Source: Epithemia pelagica (Eukaryota > Protista > Bacillariophyta). Taken from it: a stretch of DNA of 64,000 nucleotides. Shown one piece after another: positions 43,458-55,800 of the stretch; the stretch's first letter is position 1, and every line of letters starts with the position of its first letter. Below the pieces are notes generated by a model. The model saw nothing but the letters and a program-made list of their open reading frames with translations. It did not search any database and was not told where the DNA came from. Where the stretch lies: assembly GCA_946965045.2 (NCBI GenBank), contig OX337234.1, positions 1-64,000 on the forward strand, read 5' to 3'. A program made the position numbers and the translations under genes.

Positions 43458-45405
43458 TTAATTGTTTCGTGGTCGTTTGGGCGAAGGTTGTTGTTGTTGT
43501 TGTTGTTGTGACGATGAAAATGGCGCGGTACCCATGGAGTCGATTCCAGTCGTTGTCCGTAATGAGGTTGCGGAGGACCGAGCAAACATGGAGGGAGGAT
43601 TCATGTCGTTGTCATTGCTGTTGGATGCCATGTTGGAGGAAAGGAACCAGGGCATGCCGCCGGTGCCCGATGAACTGGCGGTCGTTGAAAGCATGGTATT
43701 AGGTGTGGAGGAGGCAGACGGAATGGACGACATGGCGGAGGAACCCATGGGCCCTCTCATCATGGCCTCCAGTGGTCTGGGTGTCGGCTGAATCATGGTG
43801 GTGGTCGCTGTAATGGCTGGAGGACGGAATTGTCGGGGGTTTAAAATGGCTGGAGACTGCTGTTGGATGCGCTCCTTCATCAAGCTGTAGCTCCTCCGTT
43901 CTCCCAACAAAATCTTTTCAAAACATGTTTTGGTAAAAGTCCTCTTTTTGGTCGTTCGGGAAGCAGGAGATGTCTTGGAATCGTCCTTGTCGCCTTGCTG
44001 CCTCGTGCCTTCGCTTGGATCTTTTCGAAACGCCGATCCTTCGTTCTCCTCCTCTGTAGTACTACGCTCGTCACCGTCGGCACCTTGTCGTGTTTCTTCT
44101 TCTTCTTCTTCTTTTTTGGCCTCGAGCTGACTCCACAAACGCCGATAACGGTTCATGCGTGCCGTAAAGGTCCGAGAAGAATGTGCATCGGCAGTCCTGG
44201 TAGACGACAGAGGCCAAACGGTCGATGCCGAGTTCGTGGCCGTGGTGGTGGGTGTGGCCGCCATGGCGGCATCGGTCGGACCCAACAAGACGGACGGAAA
44301 AGTGGCTCGACGTTCTCGATCGGACAAGGCATGAATCAAGACATGATCACTACTAGCCGTAGCAGAAGGAGACAAGAGATTGGAATGCTGCAGGGTCATG
44401 CTGTTGTTATTGTTTTGACCCAACAGCGCTGCTTGTGGGTGAATCGAAGGTACGGTACCACCACCCAGTTGTTGCTGTTGTGGTTGTGGTAGAATGGGAG
44501 TTGCCAAAGCGTTGTTGCTGGTACCAGTAGAAGTGAGCATACCAGAAGCTGCAGTCCCCATGGCCGTGGTGTTGGAGCCAAGTGTCGTTGTTCCGGTCGG
44601 CATCCAAGTATTATTCCCCGCACCCATACCACCGGTACTCAGTGGACCCGTCATTGTATTCATCATGGCGGTTCCTGCGACTGACCCACTGGGCGTAGTA
44701 TTCCACAGCCCCATTCGTTGTTGCTGCTGCTGTTGAATCAGAAGTTGTTGTTGCAACAGTCGCTGTTGTTGCTGTTGCTCTTGAAGCAGCATCCATTGTT
44801 GTTGTTGCTGCTGTTGTTCGGCCAGTGAGGAAGAAGAACCAGGAAACATGGGAGCCTGTTGTTGTTGCTGTGACAAAAAGGCTTGGTTTGGTGGCTGCTG
44901 CTGCGACTGTGAAAAGGATGGTGGTTGTTGAAGTGTGGACGGCAAGGAAGAAGAAGACAACTGTTGCTGTGAAGTCGATCGCATGGCTTGTTGTTGCTGC
45001 TGCTGCAATTGTGATTGCTGCGACATGTTGTGGGCTCCGCCCATGGAAGAAAATGGCTGTAGAGATTGCGGTTGCTGCTGTTGCGCAGCTTGTTGTTGTT
45101 GGTGTAGCTGTTGTTGTAGTTGCTGCTGTTGTGCTGCTTGTTGTTGTTGCGCAGCTTGTTGTTGCTGTTGCAAATGCATGACTTGCTGCAAGGGTTGTTG
45201 TTCCGTCAAGAGGGAAAGGACACTGGCGGTGCGAGGAGACGGTGCATGGTTCGCAGCAGAACTGGGAGACGTCGTAGTACCAGAACTGTTGTTGCTGCTG
45301 TTGTTGGTAGAGGTTCCAGCACCCGTCCCCAGTGATTGTGGTTGCTGCAACAGCGGGCCTCCTCGTTGTACTTGCTGCTGTTGTTGGTGTGGTCCTCCTC
45401 CTTGC

Positions 45406-45490
<85 letters not shown>

Positions 45491-46208
45491 GCTGCGAGGT
45501 CAAGAGAGACTGCTGTTGTTGTTGCCGCTGAAACTCTTGTTGTCGTTGTAATTCTTGTTCCAATTGTTCTTGTTCTTGCTGTTGTTGTCGCAACAAGAGT
45601 TGTTGTTGCCAGTGATGTGGTTGCTGTTGCAACAACAAGGATGCCGATGACAAGGATGAGGAGGAATTGTGTTGTGACGATGATCCTGCTGCTGCGCCTG
45701 CTTGCAGTTGAGGCAAGGAGGAAAAGGAAGAAGAAGAAGAAGGTCCACCACTGGCAGCCATTGACGAGACAAAGGGATCCATACCACTACTAGTAGCAGC
45801 CATTATGGAAGTGGAGGATCCACCATGTGCTGGTTGCTGTGCTTGCATCGTCTGACTCGAAGACGAGGAGGGAAAACAGCTTTGTTGTTGTGGAGCTTGC
45901 GGTTGAGAAGCAGAAGGAAACGACAGGGAGGAACTGGAGAAATACGGTGAACTTGTCACACCAGCTTCTTGTTGTTGTTGTTGTTGCAGTTGTGCCATGG
46001 CGGTTGCAGTGCCACCGACAGCAGCTCCAGAGCCAAAGCGGAGATCTTGTGTGGTGCTGGAGGGCGGCATGGAGGTGCTAGTGCTGTTGCCGGTGGGAAG
46101 AAAGGAAGAGGAGGCCGGTTGCTGTTCTTGTTGTTGATTTGGTAGTTGCTGTTGTTGTTGCAGTGACCCCAATGGTTCCAAATTATTGGGTGATTGGAAG
46201 GGCCGCAT
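43458..46208 (-). CDS. Low-complexity Gln/Ser-rich protein of unknown function
   Basis: 916-aa ORF with long polyQ and polyS runs and a basic C-terminal end (KRPR). No catalytic motifs seen. Confidence 0.7.
45403..45494. repeat. (TTG)n microsatellite encoding polyglutamine on the minus strand
   Basis: About 30 consecutive TTG/CTG triplets. Confidence 0.95.
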
Positions 46209-47103
46209 GAGAGGTGGTGGTTGTGGATGGAATGACCAATACTACACCGCAAAAGTACTTGGAGGAGCTTCGGAACCGTGCGACTCAAACAAGAAATAGC
46301 TGTTTAGCATTGTAGCTGTAAATCGATGATACCTTGCCTCCTCTTGCCCTGCACTTTATTTGCTGGTGTCTTTCGAATGTTGCTGGTGTCTTTCGAATGT
46401 AGGAAGGGGTAACAGAAGGCTCCGATGGTGACGCCAAACAAAAGGAGAAACACACAAATGAGAAGCCAACGTCGTGCTGAAATTTGCAACGCTCAACTGC
46501 CAAGACGCCACTGAACACAAAATCGCGAACGCTCTTGCCAGCAAACGGAAAAATATGAGCAATCCCAAGAAAAAACTGCGCCACCGCAGAATTTTTGCAG
46601 CTATGCCAGATGCCAGACGGAAAAATGCCACGCAAAATAAACTCCGACACGGACAAAGCCAAATAATAATCCGAATCATGCACAGAGGCAGGACTCAGAA
46701 ATTTCTCTTTCAAGTTTATGGAAAAGCCTTCAAGTTACAGTCAAAATTTAACTGAGTCTGGATTCATCGTTGAGGTGTAGATCTGGGTGAAAGATGCAAC
46801 ACTCATAAAAAGCTACTACCTAGTTCTCCTAACCGTGATAGCAAAAGGAGAGTACTTCAGATCAAGACTTTAAAGTCGACCACGTTCCTTTTCATAACAT
46901 CGAAGTTCCTCATTGCCATAAACCAGAACTCAGAGGCGCACTGCCTACTTCTTAACCTACCATCTAGAAGTCACTGGAAGATTCCAAGTCAATCATCATG
47001 GTCAGAGAGGCAAGACACGGTTCTTGTTTGGACAAACCCTATGCAGGGATCATTTGCAATTCGCATTCGCAGTTCTAACAATGAAAACTCCATGGACGTG
47101 TCG

Positions 47104-47496
47104 TGTTAGCTTGGTATAAATGGTAACGTCAACTGTCACGTCAATCTTATCGATGTGACACAATGACTGCCTCAGTGACGAAATGACTTTCAATCGAGTA
47201 GATTCGATAACAGATATTCCTACGGTAGATAAGGTGGACCTAATGAAACGTTGGAGGTTAGAGGAGTGTTTCCTTACTTTTGTGACTCCTTACACCACTT
47301 TATCGAGCTACTAGAGAGTAGCAGTACTCCTTACTCATGACTACCTAGATACTCAAAACTCGTAATTCTGTATAGGAGTGCTAGTCTCCAAGTGCTACTC
47401 ATATGGGCCATGGACCCTTCCAGACTGACTGACCCGACCTCAGTCAAGAAGTGTTATCGAAACTGTCAACGTCATGCTGACTGCTGACACCTGACA
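47104..47496. mobile_element. Possible solo LTR or LTR remnant
   Basis: Begins TGTTAG and ends CTGACA (imperfect terminal inverted hexamer), is about 390 bp and lacks long ORFs. No TSD found. Confidence 0.3.
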
Positions 47497-48201
47497 CAAT
47501 TCACAATGATATTGTATATCAAAACTTCTTGTAGTAATAATGTGGACGAGAGGAGCTACCTAGAGGAGTTACTCCTATCTACAAGTAAGAGTAGAATGTA
47601 TCGTCTATCGTCGAAACACGAATCACGTACAGTCACATTATCAGTGATCAAAGTTTGCTGATGGAACTTGGTACTTGGTAGAGCTATTCCACACTTGCAT
47701 TTCATTGGTTGGACGCTTGGTATAGTACGACTCACCGATCCCCTCATTTCTTAAAGGCTTAACAAAGTCACACGAAACATCCGGAAATTTGTCCTATTCT
47801 GCCTCGTTTTCACTCAGAGTTCTGCGTGTTTAATGTTTTCCTATTGGTCCTTGTTATTGGTGATATTCTAACAAAGCGGTGTGCTTTTTTCCGTAATGTA
47901 TAAAGGGCAAAGGGGCGTGCTGCCGCTCACTTTTTGCTTCCAGCCTTCATTCCCACTTCCGAGCATTTGGGTAAGAGCTTTTTGCTCTCGTACTTCTCCT
48001 TCCAGCAGTCACACGGTCATAACGCAATAAAGTATTGCGCGGACGGACTCTGAGATGGGACTACCTACCTACAACCTACAGGTCCGATCGAGAGGGCACA
48101 TCCAGGGGCTCACGAAATAGAAGGCAGAAATATGATTGGGTTAGAAAACTCACAAGACATAGACAAGACATCAAAGTACTTAACGAAAACTCACACAAGA
48201 C

Positions 48202-51200
48202 ATGTCTTCTCTTACCAGTAGACATCGCGCGCCACGCGCAAAAAGCCACGGAATCTTGCCGACTTCCCCACGAAAACAGCCGAAACGACAGGGATTTCGT
48301 CTCCAACACGATTCCGTGCCAATGAGGCCGGTCGCGGTTGCCGTGCCCCAGGACATGGACAATGGTGTCGATGTTTCTGGAGCGACAATGGACCCAACCA
48401 CGATGACTGTCCCTGAGGAGAATGACTCTCCTCCACCACCACCAGCACCCTTGGTGGTGAACCCATACAAAAAGCTCAGCAAGGAGCAAGAGATGGGTGG
48501 GCAGAGTCAACGACGAAACAACCAAACAAAAAGGGCAAAGTCGTTAGCACAACAGAGAAGCAACAAGAAGAGGAAGCAACAAGAGGCAAAGCAGTTGAGG
48601 CAGCTCACGCTTGAGAAGAAAAAGGCCTTTGAGCCAGACAGGGACTGCACCATCTGCAGTTCCAAAAGGCTTGGGACCAAGCCTCCCAAGCGCCCCCATC
48701 ACGTCTTCTGCCCGAAGAACACAAAGACCAGGGGCATACCAGACCACTTGGTAGAGGCCATGAAGGAGGAGGAACGACTGAAGAAAGAGGCCAACAAGGA
48801 AGTGACTTACCATCCAATCATCATGAGGCAAGAAGATTTCAACCTCTTCTTTCGTCTCAACAATAAACCTGTCTCGGAAGCTTCAAATGAAGCAACGACC
48901 GTGACAGAGGACGATTTGAAACTTTCCAGGGTTCGGAAGGGGAAGCGCAACTGTATTGCGCGCACGGACTGCCTGATCAATAATCAGGTGACGTCCGCCG
49001 TTGGGTCCGATGAGTATGTATTTATGCAATCGGTACTGGCTAAATACAAGGAGATAGAACAAGACGAGTCGATCACGTGTCCGAAAACAATGTACGCGCT
49101 TGCCAAGACTATCGCCGAAACTTGTTTGGAACGGAAGCGCGACGTGCGGTCACTTAAGCCGTTCATGCGAGACATGTGTTTTACTGTACCCGACGTGCGA
49201 AACAACAATAATGCCCTGTGGGACTCAATTGTAGGGCGACGTTTGTACATTGTTGACTGGGAGCTGTTTATGCCGGTGGAGTTTCAGAAAATTGGGCTTA
49301 AGTGTCCAAAGTGTAGCAACTGTACACTACAACGCGAGCGGACCAACCTTTCCAAGAGCAAAAGTCTATTCCCCATTTTTGGTCTTGATGGCGCACCGTC
49401 TTACGCCCTTGTCACGCACTACCATTGCAAGGAGTGCAATACCACGCATGCCGGCAACGACGGAGCACTTCTCAATTCGCTGCCTCCACATTTTGCGAAA
49501 TGGTATCCGGTCGAAGCAAAGTGGGCTCGAGGTGCCCAGCACTTCGACATTACAACAACAACAGTGTTGGAGGAGGAGATGCTTACCTATGGCAATGGTG
49601 ACCACTGTAGTGGACTATTGTATGCTGCAATCAACAGGGATTATAGGAATAGAATAACTAACTATTACTCCTTCTGTGATGCAACACATCAGCAAGGGCA
49701 AGAGTATCCAGCGAAAGATGGAGAGTGGCTCACCAGGTATCCTCCTCTTGGTGAGACAATCAGACAGGCCTACCACGAGGCATCAAGATCCAGACTCAAT
49801 CCCTGGAGAACAAGTGACTATGAGAGGCACACCAGGGAAATCCAAGCAGTGGGCTGCCAAACAAGTTTTGCCCAAGACCACACCTTCCAAGCAGTCAAGA
49901 ACTATCCCAAGAGGCTCAAGGCAGAAGCTGTATGGGATGCTGCCAATGAAGTAGGCGAGATTGCATGTGCAATCTTGGTTCCAAACTTGGAAACCAAGAC
50001 CTTCTCCCATGCTGCCCAACAACTCTGCAGCCGTGGAAATTTTAACCCGAGCGTCATCTATTCCGACACATTCCCCCACAAGAGCGATTATTGGGTTGGA
50101 TTGTTGGGTGAAGATGTAGTCCCAAGACTGGGACTCTTTCATTTCCTCCAGCGAATTATCAAGACCCTGCGCCATAAACACATGGACTTTGGTGACGCGT
50201 TGCGCGAATTGTTGGATTGCATCTACGAGTATCACGATGGTGACTTCCATAAAGTCATCACGGCCCTGAAGAATGGCACCCTTGGAGGCAAGAAATGTAA
50301 TGACAAGCAAATAGCAGAAATGAGACAGACCAAGGTTTTTCGCGAAAGATACGGCAAGTACTTACGGAAAAGCATCCGCGCGTTCCAAACAATCGTGATG
50401 CGCCTGGAGGAGTGGAAGATAAAATATAAAGTGAGAAGTAGTAGTGACAGTGGGCCACCGGCACGAGGAAGGCTCGATCACAAGACACAACAACCATTGT
50501 TCACACAAGATACTCACTCAGCAATCGAAAACTGTAAAAAAAAGGCAGAGTTTCTCGCAGATCCGATTCCAATGGAAGACATGTATCGTGAGATCAAACC
50601 ACACCCAAAATCAAGCCATCAATTGTCCGAATGGGTCTCTTACCGAGGGGAATCCAAATTGGAGTCATGGCACAACAACTTGGCCCATTTCAGTAATGGG
50701 GGCACAAATGAAAAACTCTCGGACGACTTGAACTTGTGCGGAACGGCGCGGTACAACCGTCAGATTCGACACAAGCTGCGCTTTGTGTCGAAGACAACGG
50801 AACAACGCAACAAGAAAATGCCTGCGGCGTGGGAAACAGTGGTGAGTCATTGGAACCACCAGCAACTTGCCTTTATCAACAAGTTGGCCGTTCGATGTGG
50901 CGCATCCAAGTTGTTCGATGACGTCGAGCACTTACCGCAAGACAATGGTGAACGCTTTTTTTCTGAGTACTTACAAGTTTATGAGCAACTCAACAAGGTC
51001 TGGAACATCTCGGTCCAACAGCATGACTTCTGTCCCTGTGAGAAATGCGAGGCTCAGCGCAATATGCAAGATGAAGAAACAATGCAAACAAGTGAGACAC
51101 TGGAACAACAAGATACAGAACAATCACGAGAAAATGAAAAAGAGCAACAAGTTGAGGAAACAGAAGAGCATCAAGACGAAGCAAACCAAGAAGATGACGA

Positions 51201-51645
51201 TGATCCAATGTTGAGTGATGAGGAGGAAGAGCTGCCGCCACCACCAGCTCCAACAGTGCATCTGTCTTCTCCAACACGACCACAACGAGCACCACCACAA
51301 ACACAACAGCAACCTGCTCCCAAATCGCAACCAAGAACAGCAATACAACCGGCCCCCAGACCAATCACCATGCCACAACCACAAATGCCATCACTTCCAC
51401 CATTGCTTCCGCCAAATACGCCGCTTGCTAGTGTTCATCACTTTCAGCAACAGCTGCTGCAGCAAGCGGCGTATTACTCGTCGTACCTTGGTTGCCAACC
51501 GATCCATCAACAACCAACACATCCACAACCGACTCAAAATTGTTGCATCCGCAATATTCAGTATTGGCAGAGGCCCAATCGTCGGGGCATCCCACCCCAT
51601 GACAAATCTTGTTCCAACCATCCCAGTAATGCATCGTACCCTTAA
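48202..51645 (+). CDS. Mutator-like (MULE-type) DDE transposase
   Basis: QDHTF (D), YSDT (D), LFHFLQR (CxxH-equivalent) and RGESKLESWH (E), with Zn clusters CPKC...HCKEC and CTIC...HHVFC. No TIRs identified. Confidence 0.65.
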   Translation: MSSLTSRHRAPRAKSHGILPTSPRKQPKRQGFRLQHDSVPMRPVAVAVPQDMDNGVDVSGATMDPTTMTVPEENDSPPPPPAPLVVNPYKKLSKEQEMGGQSQRRNNQTKRAKSLAQQRSNKKRKQQEAKQLRQLTLEKKKAFEPDRDCTICSSKRLGTKPPKRPHHVFCPKNTKTRGIPDHLVEAMKEEERLKKEANKEVTYHPIIMRQEDFNLFFRLNNKPVSEASNEATTVTEDDLKLSRVRKGKRNCIARTDCLINNQVTSAVGSDEYVFMQSVLAKYKEIEQDESITCPKTMYALAKTIAETCLERKRDVRSLKPFMRDMCFTVPDVRNNNNALWDSIVGRRLYIVDWELFMPVEFQKIGLKCPKCSNCTLQRERTNLSKSKSLFPIFGLDGAPSYALVTHYHCKECNTTHAGNDGALLNSLPPHFAKWYPVEAKWARGAQHFDITTTTVLEEEMLTYGNGDHCSGLLYAAINRDYRNRITNYYSFCDATHQQGQEYPAKDGEWLTRYPPLGETIRQAYHEASRSRLNPWRTSDYERHTREIQAVGCQTSFAQDHTFQAVKNYPKRLKAEAVWDAANEVGEIACAILVPNLETKTFSHAAQQLCSRGNFNPSVIYSDTFPHKSDYWVGLLGEDVVPRLGLFHFLQRIIKTLRHKHMDFGDALRELLDCIYEYHDGDFHKVITALKNGTLGGKKCNDKQIAEMRQTKVFRERYGKYLRKSIRAFQTIVMRLEEWKIKYKVRSSSDSGPPARGRLDHKTQQPLFTQDTHSAIENCKKKAEFLADPIPMEDMYREIKPHPKSSHQLSEWVSYRGESKLESWHNNLAHFSNGGTNEKLSDDLNLCGTARYNRQIRHKLRFVSKTTEQRNKKMPAAWETVVSHWNHQQLAFINKLAVRCGASKLFDDVEHLPQDNGERFFSEYLQVYEQLNKVWNISVQQHDFCPCEKCEAQRNMQDEETMQTSETLEQQDTEQSRENEKEQQVEETEEHQDEANQEDDDDPMLSDEEEELPPPPAPTVHLSSPTRPQRAPPQTQQQPAPKSQPRTAIQPAPRPITMPQPQMPSLPPLLPPNTPLASVHHFQQQLLQQAAYYSSYLGCQPIHQQPTHPQPTQNCCIRNIQYWQRPNRRGIPPHDKSCSNHPSNASYP

Positions 51646-52892
51646 AACACAACAACAACATCGGTTAGAGAGCAGCAAAAATCAACACAGCATCAACAGC
51701 CAACAGTCGCGACTTACCATGGAGGCCAGACACTTTAAGACAAAGATTCAAGAGATGTAACAACAACAACAACGACAACAACAACAGTAGTGAGAAAACC
51801 ATCGATCAGAAAATAATGAACTAACAAAAACTGTGCAAAACTTCTCGTCCATGCCGTAGCTATGATTGCGCGATATACTGGAAACAATGTATGCCAATAT
51901 CTTCGCACAGGCAATACAATCAGAGATCAAAGGCATATGTGAGGCTGACGATGTTTTGTATAGGTAAAAGACACACGGTGTCAGCACTTACCGTAGCCAG
52001 ATACGTAGAACGACCGTAGGGAACTGCCAAATCCCCCTCCACCGGGACATTGGAGCAACACGTAGTCACCACACATCCCACACAGACCAGAAGCAGTGAC
52101 AAATGGATCAACCAATGAGATCATAATATGATGGTGGCAATCGCACGTTCGTAGCAAAGGGAATCTTACCACTAATTCTTCCTCTTTTTTCTTTTTTCCT
52201 TCTTCTTCTTCTTTTTTCTCTTCCTTTCTTTCCCCTCCTCTTCTGCGACTTCCCCCTATAAAGTTGTTCCAGGGTTTGGAGTTTGGAAAGCCATAAGCCC
52301 ATCCCGAGCAGAGTTGTGAAGTACCAAATTACCAATTTCACCAAATTATATCATTTTGTACTTTCTTTTACGGTAATTTGTCAAAGTCCAAGTACACCTT
52401 TCACAATCATTGATTTTAGCCCGAACTACGAAAGTCCCCCACCCCCTTTTCCAATTATCTCATTTAAATTACCAAATTACACCTGCCCCCAATTTCCATG
52501 TACTTTTATGTCCCAAAGTCCTTCCCCCCCCAATCCACGACGGTACTTCATGTATCCAATTCCCTTCCCAGAGTCACATGACCAGTACTTTAATTACCGA
52601 AGTCCATCCACATTACATCTCCTTATCGCCCAATAAGTACAAAATCACTCCTCATCTCACCCAATAGGTACTTCTCATTCCCCAACCATTCATTGACATC
52701 TCCAATATTCCAAATGATCACATACAAACGATGAGAGAACAGATGAGATATGAGGCCTGAGGGTCATCGTTCATCTGCACCTCTGCTTTGTGCTACCTCA
52801 AAAACACACCCGTGAATGTGTTTCCAACTGATCTTCCACAGTGTCCACTCCCCAATCTTCATTGTTCCCATTCCAGCTTGCTTAAGAACTCA

Positions 52893-55800
52893 ATGTCTGA
52901 CGACGACGAAGCAGCAGCCCCAGATCCTGGTCCTCATGACGAAATAGTGGAACAGAAGGACCAAGTTGACGAAGAGCATCTACCCCCTGCCAAGAAAACG
53001 GTGAAAAAGAAGAATCCTGGATCGAAAACAAAGAAGAAGTCTCCTCAACTGGTCAGGAAACCATCGGCTTTGGAGAAGAAAAAGAAAGCAGTCGATGCTG
53101 ACTTTGCTCAAGTTGCCCAGACTACGGAACAATTTCACCAAGAAGAAAAGGATCTCATTCCACTCATCGATGGCAAGTTTACGCCCTTCATAAGCTACGG
53201 CAGAAACACCTCCCCATATTGGAAATGGGTGACTCACGTTGACTGGTTGAACAACAAGAGAAAGGAACACTCGAAGACCTTCCTGGCGCTCGCGATGGTT
53301 TCGACAAGCTGGTTGCCGCTTTTGAGGACTTAGTGAAGATTGGAGAAGACTCCTTCATGAACACCGCGGAAAAACGAAAACCCATAGTTGCAAAAGAACG
53401 ATACTCTCTTATTTGCAAGACAGCCGTTATCTGTCCACTCTGTTTCAACACTGGTTCAAAACCATTGAATGAATGCGTCATCTTATGCAGTCATTACAAA
53501 CCTTCGAACGTTGACCAACATGTTCTGAAGCACCACAAAGGATTGGATGAAGAAATTAAGAACAACAAAAAAACTTCTGACAAACAATCGACGCTGTCGA
53601 CTTTCCGCCAGAATACGACGAAATCTGAAGCCAAGTCTCAGCTGCAGACCTTGATATACCGTTTTGTGAACGACTGTTGCTTACCCGCAGTGACAGTTGA
53701 GAAACCACAATTTCGCGAACTCATACAATACGCCATCAAAAACGCGACAGCACTCAAGGATAGCCATGCTGAGATTATGAGCCGACGTCAGATTACGAAA
53801 GTACGAATCTCCTCGTACAAACAATTCTTTATCACGGTCGGCCATCTTATACGCAAGAGCCGTGACGAATACAAGCGTCTGTGTGCGCAATCTGTACCAT
53901 TCGTGACCTGCTGTCACGATATATGGCAAGCAAAGAACCATGACGTTCTCGGTGTCACCATCATGTTTACCGACCCGAGAAATTGCGTGGTATATAAAAT
54001 TCCAATTGGGTTGGCAGAGTGTCACGGGCATGCTGCCACCGACGTGGCCAATTTGACCGACTCCCTTCTACTGAGTGTTGGTCTTTCCACCGCTGACCTA
54101 TGTGCTGCTGTCAACGATAATACTTCATCTGCCGTTTTGGCGGGTAAGTATATCATTGGCAATCCCGACAAAACTGGCAAGTGCGATATGCACAAGGCCG
54201 AGCTCGTGTTAAAACACGCTACTGGCTTGGTACAACGCTACCAAAATCGCATTTTGATAGATTCCAACGACTCTTTTTGTGATCTATGGAGTGTTTTCAA
54301 GAAATTTGCGAGCTGGTTGACCTCCAGCAAGGCACCACACCGGTGGGAACGATTGAAGGATGGAGTCAAGAAATTTGGTGGCAAAATTGTCCTGATCCCC
54401 TTGCCAAATGACACCCGGGTTGGGGGGCTTGTTCTGTCAATTCACAACTTGTTTCGCGATAAGCCCTGCATGGATGAATATTGTAAGACAGCCACTCTAA
54501 GCGACCCCAATTTCAAGAAGCGGTATCCCTCAGAGGACGAATGGTTGCAACTCGCGCAATACGAAGGCATCCTAACCAACATAAAGATGGTCGCAATGAA
54601 ATTACAGACCGATGATCCTGGTTCCAACTCCGCCTCTCTTCTGGAAATTTACACTTCTTTCTACCATGCTCAAAGAATGAGAATGGAAGGTCCCGACTGT
54701 GGTGTTGGGTGTTTGTTGCGACCCAATAAACCTCAAAAGTATTGGGACGCTAGAAAAAGTATTGACGACTTGGATGAGGCACGGAGAGCCATTCCATACA
54801 AAGAACTCTATCCTGGGCCCAGATTGTTGGTGAGACGAATCATCCAAGAGTTTCGCTACTATTTGTACAATCGGGATCCGGACGCTTTAAAAGCCGTTGG
54901 ATGCAATCCCCTTTTGGCAAATGTATATGCCGACATGTTTGTAAATTTCGGTGTATACGATCAAGACAACGTGAAGGAAGGTCGCACTATCATAATCAAC
55001 GACATGATAGACCGCTTCACTAACCATCGGGTCTCGGCTATTGGAGCTGCGATGACGTCTCAAAACAAGAAAACATCTGACTCCTCGTCGGAATTGGTCG
55101 TCGAGCCGAATAGAGCCACTCTCAAATATAAGTCTATGGATGTATTTGAAAGAATGCGCCAAGCAAGTGACCTGAGAAAACAGGCACTACTGAATATAAC
55201 TGGAAAAGCGTCCAAGGCCGGCGAAGAACAAGTTATACAACAAGCACTCAAAAAGGCATGCACAGAGTGCTATGACGACTTTCTCCGCCATTGCGAGTCA
55301 CAAATTGACTTCAATTGGGCGGATATTATCAAACAATATCCGACGGAGGCTTATTCCAAGGAATGGCCGAAATGGGACGATGCTCAGAAGCAGATGTTTG
55401 CCCGACATTGTCACAGTCGTAACTATTTGGAAGTGGGTCGGTTCTTTGACTTAATGGGATGGTGGCGTAAACACTCAAGTAACTGGTCCTACGTGTTTCC
55501 ATCCGCTATCGTGTGGTTGGCTAAACCGGCAACTAATGCGTTCCAAGAACGCATTTTCTCGATTGGCAGTTGGATGATGCAGAACAAGCTAATGTCGAAT
55601 TTGGACAGGAAGACAAATGAAATGCGCACAATGGAGCGTATAACACGACAGCTAGTGGCTGAAATCGAAAGTAACGAAAAGGACATCAAGGCAGGAAAGG
55701 GTACCACGAAATCATACGATAAGCGAGAAATAGATCCTGATGACATGGCAATTAGCGCGGCGATTGAAGAGAGTTTGAAAGAACAAGACAACAAGTTTGC

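Noticed and set aside
44935-45793. Plus-strand poly-Cys, poly-Val and poly-Leu ORFs
   Set aside because: These are antisense shadows of the polyQ microsatellite.
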